NCBI RefSeq assembly: GCF_000143415.4
Contig: NW_003314310.1
Location: 471,904 to 535,903, forward strand
Source of the DNA: Selaginella moellendorffii
Lineage: Eukaryota; Plantae; Lycopodiophyta
Length of the DNA stretch: 64,000 nucleotides
Direction: 5' to 3'
Of the stretch, positions 1 through 9,632 are shown one piece after another. The position numbers and the translations under genes were made by a program. Under the pieces are notes generated by a model, which saw only the letters and a program-made list of their open reading frames with translations, was not told the DNA's origin and ran no database searches. Positions within the stretch are counted from its first letter, which is position 1. Each line of letters begins with the position of its first letter.

Positions 1-211
1 TATTGAAAATTACCTGTCGGCTAGTCCTTTCGGATATTCTTTCCTTACTGGCACAATGGCAGGAGGTCGGTATTGCTAGACCCGTTATCAGTTTCCCACT
101 TGAGCTAGTTGAGAAACTAGTCAATGACCATGTACTTAGATTGGATAAACATTAGGTAGGAACCCTATGTGTTTCTTGCTGAGAATACTCGACCTGGTTT
201 GAGAAACTTGA

Positions 212-1371
212 TGTAAGGAACCAACTCGCCGAGGTGTCGTAGGCTAAAGGAACCCCGAAAGCATGACCAAAATGACAAAGAGTTCATCGGATGGGACCAA
301 GTCGAAGATCGAGTCCAAGACCGACTCTAGGACCGAGTTCGAGATAGCGTCAGGAATCGAGTCCGAGACCGACTCAGGGACCGAGTTCGAGTCCGAGTTT
401 GAGACCGAGTTCGAGACGGAGTCCGAGATCCGAAATCGGGTCCGAGACCGAGTCCGAGGTCGAGTCCGAGGTCAGGTCCGAGATCGGGTCCGAGATCGAG
501 TCCGAGATCGAGTCCGAGACTGAATCCGAAGTCGGATCCGAAATCGGGTCCGAGATCGAGCCAGAGACTAAGTCCAAATACTAATACGGGTCAAGGGGTG
601 AAAGCCCAAAGCGTGCGTCTCCCAGGGGGGGGGGGGGGGGGGGGGCTGCAGGGGGTTCCAAAAGTATAGTAGGGATAGTGAGGTCCAGGAACCAGTTTTG
701 AAGGGACTCTCCAGTTGGGCTTCCAAACCGACTTGAGGTTGAGACTGGGACCGAGGGGCCTTGGGTGGGAGTGAGCATGGACTTGGCTGGTGCCGGAGGG
801 GCCATCCAAGGAAGTGCTCAAGAGTAGCTCCCACTCCCGAAAGGGAAACCGATTGCGGTGCTCCCGGCTCATGTGGAGTGGTGCCCCACTTGAGTACCAT
901 GCGGCTCATTGGTCCTCACCCTTCCTAGGGGCTTGGGCCTTCCTTCGGGATGGAAGTGGGGGGGGGTAGAGGTACCCATACCGGGCCGCTAAGCCACGGT
1001 GTTTCGCCCTGGCATCCCGAAGCAAGTGTTGCACTCAAGACTTGGGATTTAGAGGGTCCCATGATCAAGTCTTGTGGTACCAAGGGAAGTTAGGAACCTG
1101 GAAGCTTGGTGTGCTTGGCTGCTTGGGCTTGCGGGGAGTGTAGCCGAACCTTAAGTCTAGTTTAACCCAGGGAGGGGGATTGGGAGTGATTTGGGAATCC
1201 GTGGAAGGATGGATAACACCCCGTTGCTCGTGCAGTGAGTAGCAGAAACCAAGTAGGAGTTAGTACCATAGGCGAGAACCTTGGCAAGGGAACTTAGCAA
1301 AAGCCAAGGCAATGTTGGACGGATAGACGAGGTAAGCTGGCAAATTGGAAAGGAAAAATTTGTGGCTTACA
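212..1371 (+). repeat. 5' LTR (1160 bp)
   Basis: Direct repeat of 6999-8138. Starts TGTAAGGAACC, ends GGCTTACA. Contains a 12-bp tandem array and a long G-run. Confidence 0.96.
295..580 (+). repeat. Degenerate 12-bp tandem array (GAGTCCGAGATC-like) in the LTR; copy at ~7080-7350
   Basis: Repeated gagtccgagatc/gggtccgagatc/gagttcgagacc units. These explain the low-complexity ORFs (RDRV, ESE, SDS). Confidence 0.9.
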
Positions 1372-1768
1372 ATTTGATATCAGAGCGGTCTCGGGTCCGA
1401 CTCTGTTGGTTGGCTAGGGGAATCACACCACATGTTGATTGACATCTGGCTAGTCCAGTTTGCTCCCGCTGGGCTCGACCCGAGGGGTAGGGTGTCAAGA
1501 GAGTGAGGCTCTCGGGAGAGCTACGGCTCTCAGCTTCCGTTCACGAGGGTGTGAACTTGCAGGGAAGCGTGGTGGATTGTAAGCAACTAAAGGGAACGAC
1601 TCGAGAGACGGTCCATGGGGTTCAAATATAGAGGGAAAGGGCCCATGAACAAGAGTGCACCCCCTTTTCCAATTGGTTAAGGGTCTTGGGATTGGGGTTA
1701 AGCGTCCTTGGGTTTGAATAGTACTGGGCTGGGTGACCTCCCGGGAAGTCCAAACTCAGGAGCTTACA
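1372..1768 (+). mobile_element. Cassandra-type TRIM unit (PBS + 206-bp internal domain + PPT + one 191-bp 5S-containing LTR at 1578-1768) embedded in the gypsy 5' leader
   Basis: Closely similar to 9220-9618. 1697-1751 (GTTAAGCGTCCTTGGG...AGTACTGGGCTGGGTGACCTCCCGGGAAGTCC) matches the A-box to C-box region of plant 5S rRNA. Confidence 0.9.
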
Positions 1769-1770
1769 TT

Positions 1771-1782
1771 TGGTATCGGAGC
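1771..1782 (+). promoter_or_regulatory. Primer-binding site (tRNA-iMet type); a second PBS TGATATCAGAGC lies at 1375-1386
   Basis: TGGTATCGGAGC just after the Cassandra LTR end; canonical plant PBS is TGGTATCAGAGC. Confidence 0.88.
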
Positions 1783-4700
1783 TTTTTCCTCAGTTCTAGC
1801 GAAGGATAGAGGCGGATTGCTGGGAGATGGCAAGGGCAGGGCGTAAGCGAACCCAGGCGGAGACGGAACCTCTGCCGGAGCTGGAGCCTCCGGTCGAACA
1901 AGAGGCTATGGATGAGGAATCCTTACATGAGGAGGACTCTAGTGAGGAAATTTCCAAACAGGAGTCCGGTGGCGAGGTTCGGTCGTCCAAGGCTCGATTG
2001 GATGTGCTAGAAGGACAGTTGGCACAGACCAATGCCCTGCTGGAGACTCTCATACGCAAGTTAAAGCGTGACGAGAAACGGAAGAAAAAGCGAAAGACTG
2101 CGGATGCTGGCAGCGCAGAAGGTGCGGAACCTTCGGCAGGGACTGAGGCAAAACCAGACAAGGTCAAACAGACCAAAGTGGAATCAGTCCCTCAGGCAAT
2201 TCCCAAGTACAAACCAAAGCCCCCACCAGTGTTCAAGGGAGTGAACGACTATAAGGTTGTGGAGGATTGGTTTTACGATATGGAGGACTACTTCCGAGCG
2301 TTGCGGTTACCGAGCTCGGAGAAAGTCCCATGTGCAAAACCATACTTGGCAGATAATGCCAAGTCTTGGTGGAGAACAACGGAGGCCAATGAAGGACCAG
2401 TGGCCACTTGGGACATGATGAAGGCAAGGATCCGCGCAACATACGTTCCTCCGAATGCCACTCTACATCTTAGAGATGAGCTGAGTAGGCTGAAGCAGAC
2501 TGGAACCATCCAAGAATATGTGAATGGGTTCATGGCAAAGAGGATACTTGTCACGGACATGGGGGATATGGATGCGTTCCATGCCTTCATATCAGGTTTA
2601 CAAACCTGGGCTCGCGGTGAGGTGATGCGCTGGAACCCGACCAACTACAAAGAAGCGTTGGATGCGGCTATCAAGGTGCATTTCAATGATAACCTGCGAA
2701 AGGGGAACACGACGGGGTCGGGATCCACATTTAGCAAAGGGGCCAAACCAAGGGGAACGTATAGCAGGGGGAAATTCAAGAAGAGTTTCTCTAAGAATGA
2801 GTCCTCGGGGTTCCGAAAAGGCAAATCCGGTGGCCAGCGAGCGAGTACGTGGGGGAGTCAAGCGAAAAGAGACAAACCCACGGATAAGAAGGTCAAGTCG
2901 TATAGCAGTGTGGGAAACAACGTATGCTACAACTGCGGTGAAGCGGGACACTTTTCGAGGGAATGTCCCTACCCGAAGAAGGCCAGAGCCAATATGGCCA
3001 TCAAGTCGGGTGAAGTCCAAACTGAGGTATGTGATCTAGTCCCTAACTCAAAGTTACTCATTACACGAGCAACTTTGGTAGAGAGTCGTTCGCGACATCT
3101 ACTAGCCCTCCGAGGGAAGCTCGGAGGTAGCTTTGTTAAGATCCTTATTGACACGGGTGCTTCGGATAATTTTGTGGCTGCAGACATAGTCCGGCAAGCC
3201 GGACTAACGGTGCAGCGGCTAGGCGAACCAAGGACTATAGAGTTTGTTCAAGGTAGCCAAAGCACCGATGAGGTACTTCGACAAGCGAGAGTCGAAGTAG
3301 GGACATGGAAAGTAGACATGGACTTCACCGTGTTGGACATGGCGGGATTTAACGTGATCTTCGGAATGGATTGGTTCAATCTGTTTGTGGTAGCCCTACA
3401 TGGACAAGGTAGGAACCTTGTGGTACTGGCGAATGCCCAAGGAAGAAGATCTAGAGTGGAGGCCCAGGATCTAAAGGTAGGGCAAAGCAAGGCCAAAGAA
3501 TCCTGCTTAAACCTGATTTCCAGGAGAGGACAACTCACTAAAGGAACTAAGGCAGCCTTTTTGTGCTTACTCTCGGTGAAGAGTGACAAAAGGACAGGAA
3601 GGGAAGAAGTACCTTTAGTGATCCAGCGGGTGTTGGAACAATTCCAGGATACCATGCCGGAGGAGCTACCGGCGGGGTTGCCCCCCACACGACCGATAGA
3701 ACATAAGATTGAGCTGGTCGAGGGCGCTGAGGCTGTAGTTCATCCCCCCTATCGTTTGAACGAAAAAGAACTCAAGGAGCTCAAGTGCCAACTAGAGGAG
3801 TTGGTGGACAAAGGGTATGTTAGGTTGAGCAAGTCGCCGTATGGGGCGCCGGTGTTATTTGTGAAAAAGAAAGATGGATCTATGCACATGTGCATAGATT
3901 ACCGGTTGCTCAACAAGTATACAAAGAAGAACAAGTACCCTTTGCCAAGGATTGAGGACCTGTTTGATAGGTTGGGAATGGCAAAATACTTCTCGAGGAT
4001 TGACCTAAGGTCAGGATACTACCAGATCAGGGTAGCGGAGGAAGATGTCGAGAAGACAACCTGTCAAACGAGGTATGGGAGCTTTGAGTTTCTGGTGATG
4101 CCCTTTAGGCTGTGCAATGCGCCGGCAACGTTTTAAGCGTTGATGAACCACATCTTTGTACCCTATCTGGATCACTTCGTGGTCGTCTATATTGACGACA
4201 TCCTGATCTATAGCGAGACACTAGAGGAGCATGCCGAACACTTGGCGAAGGTGTTTGAGAAACTAAGGGAACACAAACTGTATGCTAAAGAGAGCAAATG
4301 TGACTTTGCTCAACAAGAGGTAAAGTTTCTCGGGCATGTGGTGGGCCAGGACGGGCTCAAGGTGGACCCGGAGAAGGTCCAAGCGATCCAGGAATGAGAG
4401 CGACCATCGAATGTACATGAGTTGAGGGCATTCTTGGGGCTATGCAACTACTATCGAAAGTTTATCAGACACTATTCAAGAGTAGCCCTGCCTTTAACAG
4501 ACCAAACAGGAAAAGGGAAGATGGTATGGACAGCGGAATGCGAGGCGGCATTCGTCCACCTCAAAGGGAAGTTGAGGAAGGCTCCTGTGTTGGCATTACC
4601 GGACTTTGGTAAGCACTTTGAGGTAGAAACAGATGCTTCAGACTTTGCGTTGGGCGCTGTTTTGAAGCAAGACAACCATCCAGTAGCATTCTTCTCGAAG

Positions 4701-5697
4701 AAGTTGGACAAGGCTCAACGGAAGTGGCCTGCCCATGAGAAGGAATTGTTTGCGGTGGTCAAGGCGCTCAAGGAGTGGCGACACTACCTTGGGAGACACT
4801 TCAAAGTTTACACGGACAATGTGGCAACGAAGCACTTCTTGTCACAGCCCGACCTAAGGGGAAAACAAGGTCGGTGGGCCAATGCTTTGGCCGAGTTTGA
4901 TTGCGAGATCCTGTACAAGCCTGGGAAGAGCAACATCGTGGCAGATGCGCTAAGTCGAAAAGTGAGCTTGAAGTTGGCGATATCTAGCGCGACAACAACC
5001 TTTTGGGATGATGTGCGAACTGCATACAAGAACGATGGTCTAGCACAAGAAGTGTTGCTGAGGAATCTAGAGGCACGGGAAGCTCACCAGAGAGGTGAGC
5101 TGCCAACGGAAGAGAAAACGGGCTATGCGGAACGCAACGGACTCATATATTACAAACAAACGAGGGTGTATGTTCCAGAAGGGGAACTAAGGAAGGTAGC
5201 CTTGGAAGAGTGTCATGATGGACCTCTCGCGGGACACGGCGAAGTGCCCAAGACGATGGGCTTACTCAAAAGGAAGTATCACTGGCCAGATATGGCTAAG
5301 GACATCCAAGACTATGTAAAGACATGTCCAACATGTTAGCAGGTCAAAGCCGTGACGAAGGCTAGTGGGGGCTTGTTGCAAAGCATCCCCATTCCAGATC
5401 GTCCGTGGAAATGTCTCACGATGGACTTCATCACGGGACTACCCCCAAGTGAGGTCGATGCGATATTCGTGGTGGTGGACCGATTTTCAAAGATGGCACA
5501 TTTCATACCCACCACAACGGAAGTGGACGCGGAAGGTGTGGCAAAGCTGTTCTTTGAACAAGTGGTTCGAGTGCGGGGAAGGCCGGAAGAGATTATCTCA
5601 GATCGAGATAAGATCTTCACCAGTAGGTTTTGGAGGACACTCCTAGAACAGTATCGCACCAAGTTGAAATTCAGCACAGCCTATCACCCACAGACAG

Positions 5698-5744
5698 GTA
5701 ATGGGTATTAAGTCAAGATTGATGGCACTAACACTTCTTGACAG
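5698..5744 (+). other. 47-nt spliceosomal intron in the integrase core
   Basis: GTAATG...CTAAC(5728-5732)...TTCTTGACAG; removal restores STAYHPQT-D-GQTKRVN. Confidence 0.88.
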
Positions 5745-6162
5745 ACGGACAAACGAAAAGGGTGAATAGGCAGCTGGAGGATTATTTGCGATGCTATGTC
5801 TCGGGAGACCAAACCGACTGGGTAAGTCATTTGGGACTTGCGGAAATGTGTTATAACAACTCACCACATTCGAGCATCGGGGTGAGTCCATGGGAAGTCA
5901 TCAATGGGCGAGCTATTGAAGGTCCTGTGGAACTCGGCGTGGCCGAGTATCATGGGGAGTTACCCGCAGTGGAGGCATTCACGGCGGAAAGACTTAACAT
6001 TTGGAATCTAGTGAGGGATTCCTTAGAACGGGCTCAACAAAGGCAAACTAAGTACGCGAACCAAAAGCGTCGGGATGTGGAGTTCCAAGCTGGGGAGAAG
6101 GTGTGGTTGAACACCAAGAACCTCAGGCTACCAAGTGGGATCAGCCGGAAGTTGACCCAAAG

Positions 6163-6214
6163 GTAAAAATGCATGTATTCCTGTAAATGAATTGATCTTG
6201 AGTTCCTTAAGCAG
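6163..6214 (+). other. 52-nt spliceosomal intron in the integrase GPY/F module
   Basis: AG|GTAAAA...TTAAGCAG|G, AT-rich; removal restores KLTQ-R-FAGPYEI. Confidence 0.88.
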
Positions 6215-6986
6215 GTTCGCGGGGCCTTACGAGATTGAGGCTCGAATCGGTAAAGTGGCTTACCGTCTCCGACTTCCTCGAGAGATGGGGAAGATGCATC
6301 CCGTCTTCCACGTGAACTTACTCAAGCCGTATTTTCAAGATCCGCTTCGCAAGGACCAAGTAAGACCTTTACCTGAGGTTATCCAAGGGGAGGAGGAATA
6401 CGAAGTCGAGGCCATCCTCAATGCGCGCAGGAGCAAGTGACAAGGACGCGAGGTGAGAGAGTTCCATGTGAAGTGGAAAGGATTTCCACACTGCGAAGCA
6501 ACATGGGAACCGGAGGAGAACCTAGCGAACACGCGGGATCTAGTGGAGGAATTTCTGCATGGCAGAACTCTATGTACTTATGCAAAGTTTAATTAAAAGT
6601 ATCAATTTGAGAAGTTGAGCAATGGCATATGTTGGGACCCGAAGGCGCGCCGAAGGTAAGCTAATTAGCATGGGTTAGCTAGGTCGACCAGGCGTAGGGA
6701 GCTACGCCCGACTCCCTATGGGGATGTCGAATCCGTAAACGTATTCTACGGAGGTTGGGTTCGAGTCCCAACCCCCTAGTAAAGCAAGGCTGGGTTCAAG
6801 TCCCGACCCCATACTAGGGCGTGGTGAGGTGAGGAGTATAGGGACACCTATATTCCGTTGTCATGGGCTCTTGGCCGGGGAGGCTAACTTAGGCACACTG
6901 CTAAGTGGGGGGATGCCTCCGGAGACATGGTCAACAAGTCGTAGGATAAAACGAGACGTTCGATGTGGGCATCGAACTTCTTCTAT

Positions 6987-6998
6987 GGGTGGTGGAGT
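6987..6998 (+). promoter_or_regulatory. Polypurine tract
   Basis: GGGTGGTGGAGT immediately before the 3' LTR; the same tract precedes the LTR at 21391. Confidence 0.85.
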
Positions 6999-8138
6999 TG
7001 TAAGGAACCAACTTGCCAAGGTGTCGTAGGCTAAAGGAACCCCGAAAGCATGACCAAAATGACAAAGAGTTCATCGGATGGGACCAAGTCGAAGATCGAG
7101 TCCAAGACCGACTCTAGGACCGAGTTCGAGATAGCGTCCGGAATCGAGTCCGAGACCGACTCGGGGACCGAGTTCGAGTCCGAGTTCGAGACCGAGTTTG
7201 AGACGGAGTCTGAGATCCGAAATCGGGTCCGAGACCGAGTCCGAGGTCGGGTCCGAGATCGGGTCCGAGATCGAGTCCGAGATCGAGTCCGAGACCGAAT
7301 CCGAAGTCGGATCCGAAATCGGGTCCGAGATCGAGCCAGAGACTAAGTCCAAATACTAATACGGGTCAAGGGGTGAAAGCCCAAAGCGTGCGTCTCCCAG
7401 GGGGGGGGGAGGGGCTGCAAGGGGTTCCAAAAGTATAGTAGGGATAGTGAGGTCTAGGAACCAGTTTTGAAGGGACTCTCCAGTGGGGCTTCCAAACCGA
7501 CTTGAGGTTGAGACTGGGACTGAGAGGCCTTGGGTGGGAGTGAGCATGGACTTGGCTGGTGTCGGAGGGGCCATCCAAGGAAGTGCTCAAGAGTAGCTCC
7601 CACTCCCGAAAGGGAAACCGATTGCGGTGCTCCCGGCTCATGTGGAGTGGTGCCCCACTTGAGTACCATGCGGCTCATTGGTCCTCGCCCTTCCTAGGGG
7701 CTTGGGCCGTCATTCGGGATGGAAGTGGGGGGGTAGAGGTACCCATACCGGGCCGCTAGGCCACGGTGTTTCGCCCCGGCGTCCCGAAGCAAGTGTTGCA
7801 CTCAAGACTTGGGATTTAAAGGGTCCCATGATCAAGTCTTGTGGTACCAAGGGAAGTTAGGAACCTAAAAGCTTGGTGTGCTTGGCTGCTTGGGCTTGCA
7901 GGGAGTGTAGCCGAACCTTAAGTCTAGTTTAACCCGGGGAGGGGGATTGGGAGTGATTTGGGAATCCGTGGAAGGATGGCTAACACCCCGTTGCTTGTGC
8001 AGTGAGTAGCTGAAACCAAGTAGGAGCTGGTACTATAGGCGAGAACCTTGGCAAGGGAACTTAGCAAAAGCCAAGGCAATGTTGGACGGATAGACGAGGT
8101 AAGCTGGCAAATTGGAAAAGAAAAATTTGTGGCTTACA
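6999..8138 (+). repeat. 3' LTR (1140 bp)
   Basis: Direct repeat of 212-1371. Preceded by purine tract GGGTGGTGGAGT, followed by TSD CTTGA. Confidence 0.96.
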
Positions 8139-8813
8139 CTTGAGTCAATGGCTTGCACTTGCTAGTATCAAGAACCCTCGCGATATTGAGATTGGTCCCT
8201 CAATATCGCTAGATGATAGCTTACCATGTCTGCCAAACACCCTTGCTATCATGCCCTTTGTGTTAGACTTATTTCGGTCCCAAATGCTATTTATGGAAAG
8301 TGTCCAGATTTGCTCATTTGGCATATTTACAAAATGTAGAGATTATTCTGAACACAATGGTGTTTGTCCCGTGTCCCGTGTGGCTTGGGTCTAAGCCCAA
8401 GTTCCATTCCATGCTAGCTGGTGGAGTACCTATATCCTCACGTTAAGCCACCGGTATGCTGAATCAACACCAGACTCCATTTGGCTATGTTTTGTGTGTT
8501 GGTCTTGACATTGGGATGTTAGTTGCTCCAAGACTATTCCAAGTCGCTCCGGGCTTCTGTCCCTTTGCTCCTTGGGCTGTATGCTCGGGAGTTGCTCCGT
8601 GGTTCGGTTCTGTCACTCCCTGGCTCCATGCTTGGGAGTTTGGCACTGTTCTTTTGTTCAGTGGCCCAAGGCCTTGAACCGAGGGTTCCACACCGTATTC
8701 CTTTGGACACGTGGCATGTGACACATGGCACAAAGAGGGTTTAGGTTCCGCTTTGTGGTGTTATCCTATGGTAAATCACCATAGGATAAAGGGTAAAAAC
8801 CACGTGCACTACA
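8139..8813 (+). repeat. 3' part of an LTR of a second family (B1) into which the chromovirus inserted; its left part is bases 1-211
   Basis: Homologous to 9633-10553. Ends ...GCACTACA. Subterminal 12-bp-stem hairpin TTATCCTATGGT-AAATC-ACCATAGGATAA (8761-8789). Confidence 0.75.
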
Positions 8814-9632
8814 CTCGGTCTCGGACTCTGTCTCAAATTTGGTTTTGAACTTGGTCTCGATCTCGATCTCAGAGTCGGCCTTGGACTCGATCCTAGACTC
8901 TGTCTCAAACTCGGTCTCAGAGTCGGTCTTGGACTCGATCTCAGACTCGGTCCCATCCGATAAACTCTTTATCATTTTGGTCGTGCTTTCAGGATCCTTT
9001 AGCCTTTGACACCTCGGGGAGCTAGTGTAAGCAACCAAAGGGAACGACTCGAGAGACAGTCCATGGGGTTTAAATATAGAGGGAAAGGGCCCATGAATAA
9101 GAGTGCACCTCCTTTTCCAATCGGTTAAGGGTCTTGGGATACTTGGGGTTAAGCATCTTTGGGTTTGAATAGTATTGGGTTGGGTGACCTTCCGGGAAGT
9201 CCAAATTCAGGAGCTTACATTTGGTATCAGATGGAGGTTAGGTTCGACTCTGTTGGTTGGCTAGGGGAATCACACCACATGTTGATTGACATTTGGCTGG
9301 TCCAATTTGCTCCCGTTGGGCTCGATCCGAGGGGTAGGGTGTCAAGAGAGCGAGGCTCTCGGGAGAGCTGCAGCTCTCATCTTCCGTTCACGAGGGCGTG
9401 AACTTGCAGGGAAGCATGGTGGATTGTAAGCAACCAAAGGGAATGACTCGAGAGACGGTCCATGGGGTTCAAATATAGAGGGAAAGGGCCCATGAATAAA
9501 AGTGCACCCCCTTTTCCAATCGGTTAAGGGTCTTGGGATACTTGGGGTTAAGCATCCTTAGGTTTGAATAGTATTGGGTTGGGTGACCTCCCGGGAAGTC
9601 CAAATTCAGGAGCTTACAGCTGGTTCTTTACA
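8814..9632 (-). repeat. 5' fragment of an LTR related to the chromovirus LTR, reverse orientation, interrupted by the Cassandra TRIM
   Basis: Reverse complement reads TGTAAAGAACCAGC[Cassandra]TCCCCGAGGTGTCAAAGGCTAAAGG..., aligning to 212 onward and into the 12-bp array. Confidence 0.85.
9026..9618 (+). mobile_element. Complete Cassandra-type TRIM (LTRs 9026-9219 and 9425-9618, 205-bp non-coding interior)
   Basis: 194-bp direct repeats TGTAAG...CTTACA carrying the 5S A/C-box segment, PBS TGGTATCAGA, PPT GGGAAGCATGGTGGAT, TSD GCTAG/GCTGG (1 mismatch). Confidence 0.93.

Larger units (their letters stand above)
1827..6596 (+). pseudogene. gag-pol polyprotein (Gag with CCHC knuckle, aspartic protease, RT, RNase H, integrase, chromodomain) with in-frame stops and two introns
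   Basis: Motifs [51 protein letters not shown]...CPTC, MDFITGLP, YEVEAIL...VKWKGF...TWEPEENL. One frame runs 1827-5697 with stops at 4134, 4395 and 5337 (consistent with CAA/TGG/CAG transitions), plus one at 6438. Frame changes occur only at the two introns. Confidence 0.93.
212..8138 (+). mobile_element. Full-length Ty3/gypsy LTR retrotransposon (chromovirus), inactivated by point mutations
   Basis: Two near-identical LTRs (TGTAAG...CTTACA), 5-bp TSD CTTGA at 207-211 and 8139-8143, tRNA-iMet-type PBS, PPT, and gag-PR-RT-RH-IN-chromodomain order. Confidence 0.97.

Noticed and set aside
295-580. CRISPR-like regular repeats
   Set aside because: Contiguous units without unique spacers, inside a eukaryotic LTR, with no cas genes.
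583-625. Hammerhead/twister ribozyme in the conserved LTR block (TAATAC...GTGAAAGCCC)
   Set aside because: No CUGANGA core and no consistent twister pseudoknot or conserved GA across the four copies.
263-909. Short ORFs in the LTRs (RDRV/ESE/SDS repeats, poly-Pro), also at 7050-7678 and 21695-22236
   Set aside because: They are translations of the 12-bp tandem array and G-run; no evidence of coding function.
1697-1751. 5S rRNA gene (also in both LTRs of the TRIM at 9026-9618)
   Set aside because: Only the ~55-bp A-to-C-box part is present, inside TRIM LTRs; the 5S 5' and 3' ends are absent.
1827-6596. Currently active autonomous element, or stop-codon read-through/RNA editing
   Set aside because: Four in-frame stops consistent with ordinary transitions, plus K in place of the integrase catalytic Glu (GQTKRVN), point to post-insertion decay.
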